Part shown: in pieces, positions 39,578 through 51,401 of the stretch
Position numbering within the stretch: the first letter of the stretch is position 1
Layout: every line of letters starts with the position of its first letter
Assembly: GCA_038087875.1 (NCBI GenBank)
Contig: CM075977.1
Span: forward strand, 111,786,001-111,850,000
DNA length: 64,000 nt
Reading direction: 5' to 3'
Source of the DNA: Malacoraja senta
Lineage: Eukaryota
Translations under genes and position numbers: made by a program
The notes under the pieces: generated by a model
Told to the model about the DNA's origin: nothing
The model's input: the letters and a program-made list of their open reading frames with translations, nothing else
Databases searched by the model: none

Positions 39578-39891
39578 ACTACGGTTGAAACCAGCATCTG
39601 CGGATCCTTCTTACACCCTCCACATAAACTATTTCATCGTATCGTGTGTTGTTCACTGACATTTTTGTCCGACCTTTCTGCAGCTGCAACCTCGTGGAAC
39701 ATATTTAAATTTAGAAATATCATTCGCAATCCTACTTTGCAGTTTCTTTATTCTGTACGTGCTCAATTGGTGCATGTGCAATGAACGACCACCCTCGTGA
39801 TTGTTGTCGTATTACATGCACGCGGGAGCAAAATCCGTAATGAATGTCCACAGGGAGGTAATCTCAATAACCGTTAATCTTTTTCTTGGGT

Positions 39892-39897
39892 TATAAA
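39892..39897 (+). promoter_or_regulatory. Candidate TATA box of the GPCR gene
   Basis: TATAAA ~80 nt upstream of the ATG, conserved at 62945-62950 in copy 3. Confidence 0.45.
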
Positions 39898-39972
39898 TAT
39901 TCAGCGGTTTAACCTCCCACTATAACATTTGTAAGTTTTGTACTGCGTTTCCGAGGTCGCTTTCAAGGAGAA

Positions 39973-41980
39973 ATGGGTCGGATGCTGCACTTGTCGGTTG
40001 AATATTATTATTACCCAATCCTGGCATCAATTGGAGTGCCCGGTATGTCACTTGACGGTTGAAGGTGGGATAACCGTGGGATGCGATAATGTTGAAGATA
40101 AAGTGAAAATAGTGTGACAAAATGGAACGGGAGTTTGGGTATAACCTGAAGTTAATGTAGTTATTGTATGCTTTTAATATATTTCAACGTTTGCCGTTTA
40201 CTGGGACTGGTGTACAATTGTTTTTGCATTATTGGTAAGAGTCAAGACAAGAGTCACGAGTGTTTTACTGTGATATGTCCCGGACGGGACATTGAAATTC
40301 TTACTTGCTGCAGCACTACAGAATATGTGAATATGTAAACATTATATATATGGGGAAAAAATAAAAAGTTCAATAAATAACAAATATAGTGCAAATAACA
40401 AATTATAATATAGTCTTTAGCAGTTCAGAGCTCATAGCATATAAGTTGTGTTTAATAGCCTGATGGCTGTGGGGAAGTAGCTGTTCCTGAACCTGGATGT
40501 TATAGTCTTTAGGCTCCTGTACCTTCTTCCTGGTGGCAGTGGTGAGATAAGTGTGTGGCCAGGATGGTGTGGGTCCTTGATGATTTTGGCTGCAGTGAAG
40601 TAACAGCCAAGTAAGCTGAGCGACAAAGGCTGCATCTTGTTTATACCTCGGGCGATTGCATTTCTCGCATTTATTTTTGTCTCCGTCTGGTCTCCCAGTT
40701 TATGGCTTTAAATTCGTTAATTTTAACTGTGAGATTACCGCATCGCGTGCAGGTAATCTCTGTTATGCACCGCCCCTTCAAACGTTGCAAACCCGGTAAG
40801 CAAATGCCGATCCGGAAGGTGCGCCACATTAACACTGATTTTAGTCTTGTTGTTCATACTACACTTTCGTTCAAACCGTTTATCAGTTCATTAATTCACA
40901 GTTAGGTTGAATGTTTGTTCGTGAGCGCAGTATCAGGGATTGCATTCAAACCAAACGAATCTCCGTCCATCAAATCGTTTTCATCAGTTTTGGGAAAGTA
41001 AGCAAAATAACAATTTATACCCACCCACCCCTCAACTCGAAGTTCTTCTTTCCACATAATCACCATTGCTTCTTCCCCTAGTGAATATACTGGCGATTGT
41101 GGTCCTGTCCCGAGGAAAGTGCGGTCTCTCCAAATGCATCACTCATTACCTGGTGGCTATGGCGACGGCGGACCTCACGGTGATTGTCTGCGAAGTGATT
41201 TTAAATCGGATTGCCATACTGTATTGGCGGAACACAATCCTGTACTACACTCCTGTGTGCAGGTGTATTCTCTTCATGTCCGCCGCGGCCATAGACTGTT
41301 CCGTTTGGTTCACGGTCGCTTTCACTTTTGATAGGTTTGTGGCCATCTCCAAACAGAATCTGAGATCCAGATATTGTACCGACAGAACCGCGGCGGTGGT
41401 TATGGTGATCCTATGTACCTTCTTCTGTTTACAGAATGCTCCCTGGCCTTTCTCATGTAATGTTTTCTACAAGCATAATGGTTTACTGTGGGGCTGCCGA
41501 ATCCGATCGGACTTCTATTTCCTGCCCGCATGGATCGCATTTTCTTGGATTGAGCCGCTGTTGACCCCAGTGATTCCATTCTGTTTGATTTTGTTCTTTA
41601 ATGCCCACACGGCGAGACGTATTTTAATGGCCAATCGGGTCCGCAGGAGGCTCCGCGATCTCAGTCGTGGAGACCCGGAGACGGAAAGCCGTAAACGGTC
41701 CATAATTTTACTCTTTGCAATCTCCAGCAGTTTTATCCTGCTCTGGGTCACAACTGTATGTCATTTTGTTTACTATCGATGTGTCAACGGATTTTGGTTG
41801 AGAGGTTTGACAAACCCATTTGCAACATTTGAAAAAACTGGAGTTCTGCTGCAGCTGCTAAACACCTGTACAAACACACTGATTTACACCGTCACCCAGT
41901 GGAAGTTCAGAGAGCAGCTCCTTCACGCACTTCAATGGCCCGTCGAGCTAACTGGAAAGTTAGTGAAACTTATCAAATGA
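39973..41980 (+). CDS. GPR139-like: GPR139-like class A GPCR, 322 aa, two exons (39973-40042, 41082-41980), apparently intact
   Basis: Exon 1 MGRMLHLSVEYYYYPILASIGVP ends at a phase-1 GTATGT donor; the acceptor CTAG|TG is in frame with the 304-aa ORF. Seven hydrophobic segments, AMATADL (TM2), SVWFTVAFTFDRFVAI (TM3), RKRSIILLFAIS (TM6), NTCTNTLIY (TM7). Confidence 0.93.
40239..40592 (-). mobile_element. Rex-Babar-type LINE 3' fragment in the GPCR intron
   Basis: HPGHTLISPLPPGRRYRSLKTITSRFRNSYFPTAIRLLN. The same insertion is at ~63320-63680 and is absent from the copy 1 intron. Confidence 0.75.
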
Positions 41981-43213
41981 TGTTTAAAATGACATCAGGT
42001 AACAAATCTTCCCGGTTGTGACTTTATGGATCTCTGGTGAAGAGGGAGCATTGAACGAAAATGTCACCTATCTTTCTAAAACATTGCAAAAAATGTCACT
42101 AACATTCGGCTAAAACAATAATATCCCCCGTACATGAAGGCGTATAGCCGTTTCGGCGGCCCCAACGCTCCTCTGACCCGTCTCCTGCACTTTAAATTGA
42201 ACACCGCCGATTTGGCTACTGCTTTACCGGTAGGGCGGTCGGCGGGGACCCGATGATCACTTCTACTATTTCCATTTGAAAAAATCCGAGACATCTCTGA
42301 TTTCCTTTCAATCCAGCGGCCGCCCCATTCGGCTCTAAATGCCCAAACCTCTAAGTTTCTGATGCGTTCCACGTCCTTCGCACTATAAATCTTCGAAGCA
42401 ATCCGTGCTTACTCACGAGGGTGCCCAAGTCACAAACTTACTTGATGACATTAAAGTAGAGTGCGTCTCCAACATTCCAGCTGAAACATTTAGCTAAACG
42501 GGAGTTTCATTGTATTTTTGGAGCTCCCTTTCAACATAACCGGTTATTCCCATTTCGAGACGCTTTCGGATTACATTACACTAATTAACTAAGCAGCAGA
42601 TGGAAGTAACGAGAATTGGTGATGTTCATGCAAGCTAGCGTAACAACATAATCTATATTTTTAGAGGAAGGAGATATTGACAGTCTACGGATTCTACCGC
42701 GGTAATGTGCATATATACGATTGATGTGCAGAAGATCTGATGGTTTGTTTACCTAAACGGCCCATCTCCCATGTAGAGATTGGCTCCGCTGTTTCTTTTC
42801 TGCTGAATGGACACTGTCTGGTTATATAACCCATTCTTCAAATATTTCGAATATTGCACGTCAAATCCAAGCATTCAAATTCAGGAACCAAATGTGGACC
42901 AGATTGACGAATTCTGACATAGCCTCACGACATTCTGAAAACGACTGGAAAAAAGTGACGCGAGGTTCTGTGAGGTATTGTCAGTCTTTTGGCCAGTGAC
43001 ACAGGACAAGTTAACTTCCAAGAGTCAAGAAAGTTTTATTATCCTCTGTTTGAAAACGGAACGATGAAATACGTGCTCGCAGCACCTCAACCGATAAGTA
43101 AACATCGTACTCGGCAAAAACCAGTATATAAAACAATCCCGCCCCACCCCCGCCAAGTCTACAGAGTTCGGAATTTATTAATCGGTTTTATTGTTTATTA
43201 GCCCCATGGTTAT

Positions 43214-44468
43214 TATAGTATATTTTATATTAAATGTATCTTGTATAATCTTGTATTGAAAATAAGTTATATCTTAAAAAGTCTGATTAGGCAGTGGGCC
43301 TCTTGAGGCCACAGGCCATTTGCTCTTTCTCGATGTCACATTCTTGTGAAGTGTTGTAAAGACATAGCTCAGGATTTATGACTGTTTATACGTCCAAGAC
43401 AACAAGGCTGGAATAATAATGAATTCTGTATTAAATTTGCTACGTTTAATTACACATATGTTGAGATAAGAGATGATACATTTGTGCAGGTTGTATCTTT
43501 TATTTGTATATATATGTATCTAAGAAAGTAACTTTGTTTTGATCTGAGATGGTGATTGTGGGCTGCAGCTGTAACATTCCTTGTGTAATGCTGTTAGTGT
43601 GAAAGCAGAGCCATAAAAGAGGCCCTCGGTTGAGATTGAAGCTCACTTTTCCCTCGCGGTAACAGACAAGGGGAGGGCGTGATAACATGAAGCTGCGTGT
43701 AAGCTAGCGAAGAAGCAATAATCATTTATCAAGTGTGACATTTATAGGACCCCTGTGTGTTTGGAGGTGTGTGTATGGAATCAACTTTGTAGACTTCGCA
43801 AGGATAAAGCAAATTCATACTTTTAAGGTGAACAATACAGTTAATTATATTCTAACTATGTGATCTATAATAAATCCATGTGTGCTCTGGGGATGAGGTA
43901 TGTTGTGTTTGAAAGGATTATAACCATTAGGACCCTGTATTTAGGTTGATAGATTAAGAGATAACATTCTTCCCCGAGACGTACAGAGTTTAATGGGAAC
44001 AATGTGTCTTGTTTATGTAAATTGAGTGACCACTGTATCTCTTATATTTTGAGAAGTGGATTCTGGGAATTTAGTCCACTTTTCTTTGATTTCACTTTTT
44101 AAAATGAAAGGACCCTGAAAAAAGAAGTCAAAAGCACATGGCTGGCAGAGGCCATGTACCCTGAGTGATGTGACTACATCAGTTGCAAATATGGAAATGT
44201 ACTGGGAAGGAGGAGATAAGTGGGAGCAAGTGATTGGCTGATGATGAGGGAATGTCGGCAAATAATTGGATTTGGAAATGTAACAGGGGCGGGGCATGCA
44301 GAGTTGAACATGCTATAAAAAGAGATGATCCTTTGTTTGTGGCTCAGAGAGCTCCACGTGGGCGGATGACGTGGGGTGATCCAGCTTTTATTTGCAAATA
44401 AAGGTTTAAACTTCTTGAAGAATTCTCCGCGTTGCCTGAGTTAATTTTGAGTATTGGAAACCACGCCA
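43214..44468 (+). mobile_element. Solo LTR
   Basis: Flanked by 4-bp TSD TTAT; ends in CA and starts TA (TG mutated). Internal TATAAAA (~44314) and AATAAA (~44397). The empty site is in the paralog at ~21400. Confidence 0.75.
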
Positions 44469-45469
44469 TTATTTGTAAGAAACAGCTCCCGAACCTTTAG
44501 CAGGTGCAGTTTTAATGTTCCAGATGGCAGGTGTGGAATGATAATCTGTGTGGTGACGGTCTCCGGTGTGGATAGCTGAATGTTACAGACACCGACTGCT
44601 GTAGATCACATCGATGGTGGGAATGTAATTATCTGTAATGGATTAGATAGTGTTCACCATATTTTGCACTTTTTCTCGTTCACGTTTTCATAACCAGCAG
44701 ATTTCCCAAGTGCATATTTAGCTGCAGCTAACTCAATTGACTTACGTAAAATCTAATGAGACTTCGTAAAGTCATGGAGTTATATTATAATGTTAATTCC
44801 TGCTTCATTATCAATAGTTTTTCAAATGTGCTCCACGAGATGCCGATTTACACGAAACCGTGACTTCGCGAAGGAAGCGATCGTTTTCGCACAATATTAT
44901 CCAGATTAGTTGTTCGTTCGTTTTGACATGCTCTGCAAGGTCCCGTTAAACAGGTCGCAGAACTCATATAACATAGGAATTAAAAACCCATGAGAGACTT
45001 ATATGCCTTGTTCTCTTGTTATCAATTAATTACATGTGTAATATATAAGCTAATGTTGATATGGTGATTCATCTTTTTTCTAAGGAAGTTGCAGGCCGTA
45101 CCTTGGAAAAATGCAGTGAGGGAAAAAAGCGAATTTACAGCTATTAATGGAAAGTAACGAATTTCCCATGAATCGTTACAACTGTTCATTTCAATGTCGA
45201 TTCAAATTGGTTTGTTCAATGTCTCCTTTGACATTCAAGACTGAAGTTTGCCCAGAAACAAATAACTGAAATTGCTCTCCGACTGTTCCTTTCACCAATA
45301 TCTTACAAACGATGGGCGTTTACCAGTGTTCAGGATTGTATTGGTTGAATACATTTAAAGTGCTGATTGACGATTGACTATTGGTCAAAATCAGAAGGGA
45401 ACCCGTCCCGTCACGTTCCTTTGCTGCTTTGAATCCTTAATAGCAACTGAGAGGACAGAGGACCTACAA

Positions 45470-46450
45470 CCTGAAACATTGATGACTGCTTCGGGGCTAC
45501 CTCCTGCACCCACGTAGAACTCCCGGATTTAATTAGCGTCACAACTAATTTCCATCCCGCACCCAAATTCACTTGGGCCATCTCCGATATCTCCCTACCG
45601 TTTCTTAATCTGACCGTCTCCATCACATGAGATAGACTATCGAGGGACATCTACTATAAAACCTACTGACTCCGACATATACCTAGACGACATTGCTTCC
45701 CACCCGGCCTCCTGCAAAGACTCTACCCCCTACACCAAATTCTTCCGTCTGTGCCGCATCTGTCCCTCACGAGGGTCTTCTCGACATCCCACAGCTCCGC
45801 TCTTGCTCCCCTTTCCCAGCCGCAACAGGGACAGTGTCCCGCAGACCTTACCTTTCACCCCATCAGCCATCGCATAAAGCACATAACCCTCCGACATTTC
45901 CGCCACATTTACCGGCATCCTATCACGAGCCATATGTTCCCATCTTCAACCCAGCAGCTTGCCGCAGAGACCGCTCGTTCCGCAACTCATTGGTTTACAC
46001 GTCCTTCCGGATAATACCCCCCTCCCCACCCATCATAGGTATTTTCCCCTGCAACCACGGGAGCTATACCACCTGTCCTTACACCTCCTCCCTTGAATCA
46101 GTCCAAGGACCCGGACAGTCTTTACAGGTGAGGGAGAGATTCACTTTCATCTCCTCCAACCTCATCTACTGTATCTGCTGTTCCATGTTTTGGCTCCTAT
46201 ATATAGGCGATACCAAGCGCAGGCTCTTCGATCGTTTCGCTGAAAACCTTAGCTCAGTCCGCCTGGACGTGCCTGATCTCCCGGTTGCCAAACACGTTAA
46301 TCCCCTTCCCATTCCCACACTACTCTTTGGCTCCTCGGCCTCGTCCATTGTCAGAGCGTGGCCAAACATAAATAAGAGGAACAACGTCTCATATTTCGCT
46401 TGGACAGCTTACAACCCAGAGGAATGAACATTGATTTCTCTAACTTCAAG
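45470..46450 (+). mobile_element. Penelope-like retroelement fragment with GIY-YIG endonuclease
   Basis: ORF 45693-46427 has SSNLIYCICCSMFWLLYIGDTKRRLFDRFAENL, preceded by a C..C zinc linker. Confidence 0.88.
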
Positions 46451-46616
46451 TAACTTCTGCATCTACTCTCTCCCCATCCCCCACCTCACCTAGGTCGCAG
46501 GAGATTCCAAGTTATCCTGGAATCTATTTCATTGTCTATACCTCGTTCAAAACTAAGAAACAGCTAACAATGTCTTTTTGTCTTTATCATTGTTACTTTT
46601 TTGCATATATTGGAAC

Positions 46617-46965
46617 CATAGAAACATAGAAAAATAGGTGCCGGAGGAGGCGATTCGGCCATTCGAGCCAGCACCGCCATTCAATATGGTGACTGCTGAT
46701 CATATATATCAGTACCTCGTTCCTGCATTTTCCCCATACCCCTTGATTCCTTTAACTCTAAGAGCAAAATCTTACTCGCTCTTGAAAACATCTCCCTTTT
46801 ATGGCAGAGAATTCCACAGATTCACAACTCTTTGGGTGAAAATGTTTTAATTTATCTCAGCCCTAAATGGGCTCCTCTTGTTCTTAAACCGTGACCCCTG
46901 GTTTTTTACTCCCCCAACATCGGGAAATTTATTCCTGCATCGAGCCTGTCCAATCGTTTAAGAAA
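46617..46965 (-). mobile_element. CR1 LINE 3' end
   Basis: (CATAGAAA)n tail, homologous to 61121-61500. Confidence 0.85.
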
Positions 46966-47045
46966 TTAAGAGTCGCTCCGTATTCCCAAAGTCGGTTGCG
47001 ATTACTTTGTATAATCAATTCTTCACTCACTATAATGTGTTCCAG

Positions 47046-47341
47046 GTCTAGTTGATTCAGACTCCAGCACCCAGGAGGAGGGTCCGCTCACACATACAGA
47101 GGTTCAAAGCGCCACTTTCACATGTACCTATTCTAAGGATAATTATTACTGGCATAGCCAGTATCTAGGCGGACAGCCGAGTTTGCGGTCCGGCGATAAC
47201 TAACGGTGGCTCTGACCAGAAGGCACAATTCGCTCGAAATCGCTTTTCGGACGCAGTCCAGCAGTCGGTGAAGAAGTATCGATTGACACTCTCTGGACTG
47301 CGTCGGACTGATACGGCAGTTTAATACTGCGCAGTGGTTCA
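47046..47341 (+). pseudogene. TRDV-like: TCR delta/alpha V segment pseudogene (copy B)
   Basis: Reconstructed LVDSDSSTQEEGPLTHTEVQSATFTCTYSKDNYY--WHSQY..QP/EFAVRR/TNGGSDQKAQFARNRFSDAVQQSVKKYRLTLSGLRRTDTAV*YCAV, with frameshifts and a stop. Confidence 0.88.
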
Positions 47342-47380
47342 CACAGTGTTGAGAATGGCGGGAATTTTAAGCGCACAGCT
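47342..47380 (+). other. 23-spacer RSS with perfect heptamer
   Basis: CACAGTG at 47342-48, 23 nt, then degenerate nonamer CGCACAGCT. Confidence 0.7.
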
Positions 47381-50300
47381 GCAATTTCGTGGATGGATGT
47401 CGTTCATTGCGGCTTGTGCAGCTGCCGCGAATCTCACAGGTTATGTGCGGGGAGTAGAATCAGTCAGAGCAGATTTACACAGTGTCTTGAATCTGTCTAT
47501 ATCTGGTAGTGACTGCCTGTTTTCGGCGAGATATCTGGAGAAACCACTTCTCCATTGAAAATAAATTGACGCCAAACTCGTTCATTTAGGACACCCACTA
47601 CTTCGCAAAAGAGAAGCTTTCGTCCAATGAGGGAATACATACTTCGAAAAGTATCTCCCGCTATAGAAACAGAAAGGAGGCCGATGATCAAAATAATAAT
47701 GCAGATGCTTCTAAGTTAACCATGTCCTTGATCTTGCGGTCAAACTCTGCGTTTATTAACGCATTACTACTTCTTGCGAACAGAATGTATTCCTGTATCC
47801 ACTCGGGTGGCTGTTTTCATGAAGCAGAGACTGAGCAGAGCAGACAATGAAAAAAAACGATGGCCTGAAAACTGATTGAACTTTGTTGCCTTCCACCACA
47901 GTGAAGAATGCTGAGATAGATGCTTGTGTTAAATGTTCTTGTGTATTGTGTGTTCTTTTACAGTGTATCGCTGCTGGCAAATTAATTTCACTGCACCTTC
48001 GGGTGCATGTGACGAATAAAATTGACATTGACTTTGACTTTGACCTTACCGAAGGAGAGGTTGAGGCAGTTGGTTCTTTACTGCACTAAGTATTTATTTT
48101 ATCGATTTATTAGAGAGTATACATTTATTTCATGATTATCATGCTGGATAATTTACTCATCCATTTGTACTTCATTCCGAATTCCGTATTCCAACCTAAC
48201 AACATAACGACGGTAAGATAATCACTGTAGCCAGATATATTGATCAGGTGGAATAACAATTATAAGCCTCCAAAATGCGACTGAAACAGCCTAGAACGTT
48301 ATAATCGAGATTGGATTGGGAGCTGCCAACGGACGGTTAGCAAAAACGTACGGCAGAGTGTGCGCACTCGTCGTCCCAAATGGTCCTTAGAACTGCAGAG
48401 TAGTTTTTCGTCGGTAATTCGTAGGGCACGACCACGTCCGCCAGCAACAAATTAGATGGGAGTTTGATAGACGTGTGTGAACATGCATGTCTAACGCAGG
48501 CATCGTAAGGCACGGGTAGGTAAATAAACGGCGGATGAGAACCCCCAATACAATTCACACCGTCAGCAAGTATTTTGTCTTCCTCTATGGTATGCCATAA
48601 TACGGCTAGTTGCGAAGGGTTGTTGATGTCACTTCTGTTGAAGCTCCCAAAGTACAGAACCGAAGTGCAAGGAAGTTATGCCCGAATTGTTAACACACTC
48701 GCAGGGGGCTCTTTGCGTATTGCGCCCTGATCCTCTCACGACATTACAAGGAGATGTGTCATACAATGGAAGGCGTAGAAGAGGCAAACTGGGACTGTCT
48801 ATGAGGCAGGGAAGTACAGAATGAAACAGTGGGGAGACGTGAGGCTTCAATGGAGCAGAGTAGATCGACGCGGTACTGAACTGAGGTATTTTACCGAAAT
48901 ACGAAATCCTGAGATAAAAACAAAGATGAATGATTACATTTTATTCCGCAAATGCCCCGGGACCTGCTGACGATCTCCACAATGATCTGACTTTAAATTC
49001 AATTTCCTCCATCCGTCCTTCTTCCTTTCGAAGGTTCTGCTTGACCACTTGGGTGCACGTGCTGGATTAGGGCCACATTCAAAACATGCTTCGCATCTGT
49101 TGCACAGATTCCAACATTAAAACATTAAAACGAATATGATTCACACAAGGAGAATTAACTAAACCAAAAATACATAAAACAATACATCTTGTAAATCGCT
49201 GAGATACATAGACTGCTGGTGCTCGAATATTGATGCAAAATTAAAACGCTGTCGGGACTCCTTTAAGACAAACCGTGGCTCGGCCTTGGTCGACTGCATG
49301 AGGTCATTTCGTGCCGAAATAGCCAGCAACCGGTCAGTGGAGTCGAGTACGCGCGAGTTAACAGATTATAAATGTTAACATAATTAAACGACTGTTAAGA
49401 CAATAGGATAATGACAGGATAATTAATTGTAAATGCCAGCGTTTGCTTTATTGCATTCATAACTATTATATACAAGTGCTTATTCAGAATTACGAAAACA
49501 CGATACATTTTTCTCGCAATCAAGGGTGTTGCATTGTGCTGACAATCCAGTCAATCCATTTTATGACCCATCGCCCCCGTAAGCCAGGAGACTGAAGAAG
49601 GGTTTCAACCCGAAACGTCACCCACTGATTCTCTCATGAGATGCTGCCTGTCTCGCTGAGTTACTCCAGTATTTTGTGTCTCCGACAAAAGCACAAATGG
49701 GCTGCTCTGCTTCAACCTACAAAATGCGCTGCCGTCACTCGAAAATGCCGACAGGAACTACGTCAAAAAGGCCCACCGGCGTCCAGCCGATCATGGCCGA
49801 CGGGTTACGGCACAATTTCACTCCTGTGGCGGGCTGTCGCTGTGTCTAAGTGTGCACGTTGTGAAATAGTGTCCTGAATAACGGTCAGTACAAATGTTAA
49901 ACAGATTCACCATCCTGCGTGCACGCTTCCGTTTGGGTATAATGAACGAACATATTCACGACATACGTTTTAGGCAACACAGGTAGACCCGATAGAGTTT
50001 GTATCGAGACTCGGTAAAATGCAGAGCATGGGGCACATCCAATGGCAACGCAAACAACGTCGCTGTGTAGTGTACATACGTAGAAATGGCATTGTGGGAA
50101 ATATAACCACGTGCTGGTCAGCGAATACCAAGCGTCTGTAAAGTCCTAAGAACACACAGCCACACACTGGTGTAATGAAAGGTGACTCAAGGTGATGTAG
50201 TGTAATCAAGGAGAGGGTCTATTTAATATAGTGTGTAATAGCGCCGGGTGCAATGTAAAAACGAAAGAGCGATATGTAAATCCAATGGAGAATCCTCTCT

Positions 50301-51401
50301 GACAAAAGTGAAGCAAGGTATATTGAACGACAAGAAGAGATCGATCCGGCATCGATAAACAGTTCTGTTGGACCAACGGCAAAATCAGATCTTCACCTGT
50401 GAGGTGAAATCCATGAGACAGAACAGGACCCACGGAAACACACAGAGCAACGGGATTGTGGTAAGATAACGAGAGAGTATCCCTTATCCCAAAGAAGGAT
50501 TATAGATCATTGCAAAATGTATGGAAAATGGCTAATTCTATCAAAATCGCGTTAACATACTTGCAAAGTAGAACTACCTTAAAGGTAATACATTCAATGT
50601 GAACGGTGATCGAACATGGTGATTTGAATGGCTTTTGGCCCTGCTGGCACAGGCAATAATGTCCATATAGGCTGTGGGCCGTGGACCATTTTTTGTGCAG
50701 ATCCTTGCTGTATGTAGATTCAATAAATATGTGTTGTATCTTGAGGTGTGTTTGACGACTGATTACAACTACCTTACCAGAGATCCCACCTGAAATAACA
50801 TTCCCTACCCGTCTACCACACGGCATCTTGTCAATGGCCTTTCCAAAGTACATATCGGTAATATCTTCAAGGTTAACATTGTCTTGCAATCTGCCCTTGA
50901 TATTCACGTGGAACGGCGTATAAAATGCGAGAGTTTCATCGGCATTTTACATCCAGGAAAAAACACCCGGCAGACGCCTCATTCAAACAGTTGTATGTAA
51001 GTATCGTTGTTATCTCCCTTACCATGAATGGTTGACAGTATTTATGCAAGCGATCAACGGCAAACTGGAGGAGATGTTTACAAAAAACGAACAGGGTGGA
51101 TGCTTAACCTATTCCACTGGTCTTAACTGATGTTCCGAAGATGAGGAAATTTACCAGGGAAGGACTATTTGCCCAGGCATGTTATGATGCCGAGGCGAGC
51201 TGCGAGACGATTTTTCAACATTCTCCCTTAAATGTACGCATTAGCATCCGGGAAACCTTCTGTCATCGCACAAATGCAGAATCCCTCCCCACTGCTTTCT
51301 ATGTGAGCTAATCATAATCTGCGACACATGCCTTCATGTTTCACATAAGACAATACAAGAAAACACGTTTAGGTAGTGTAGAAAAAGTGAAATATGGGCC
51401 A

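Noticed and set aside
41066-41081. TTG start of the 304-aa GPCR ORF
   Set aside because: This is the intron polypyrimidine tract and acceptor. The true start is the ATG at 39973.
45201-50650. Duplication as an uncollapsed haplotype artefact
   Set aside because: The copies differ by many substitutions, large indels and distinct TE insertions, more than expected for alleles.
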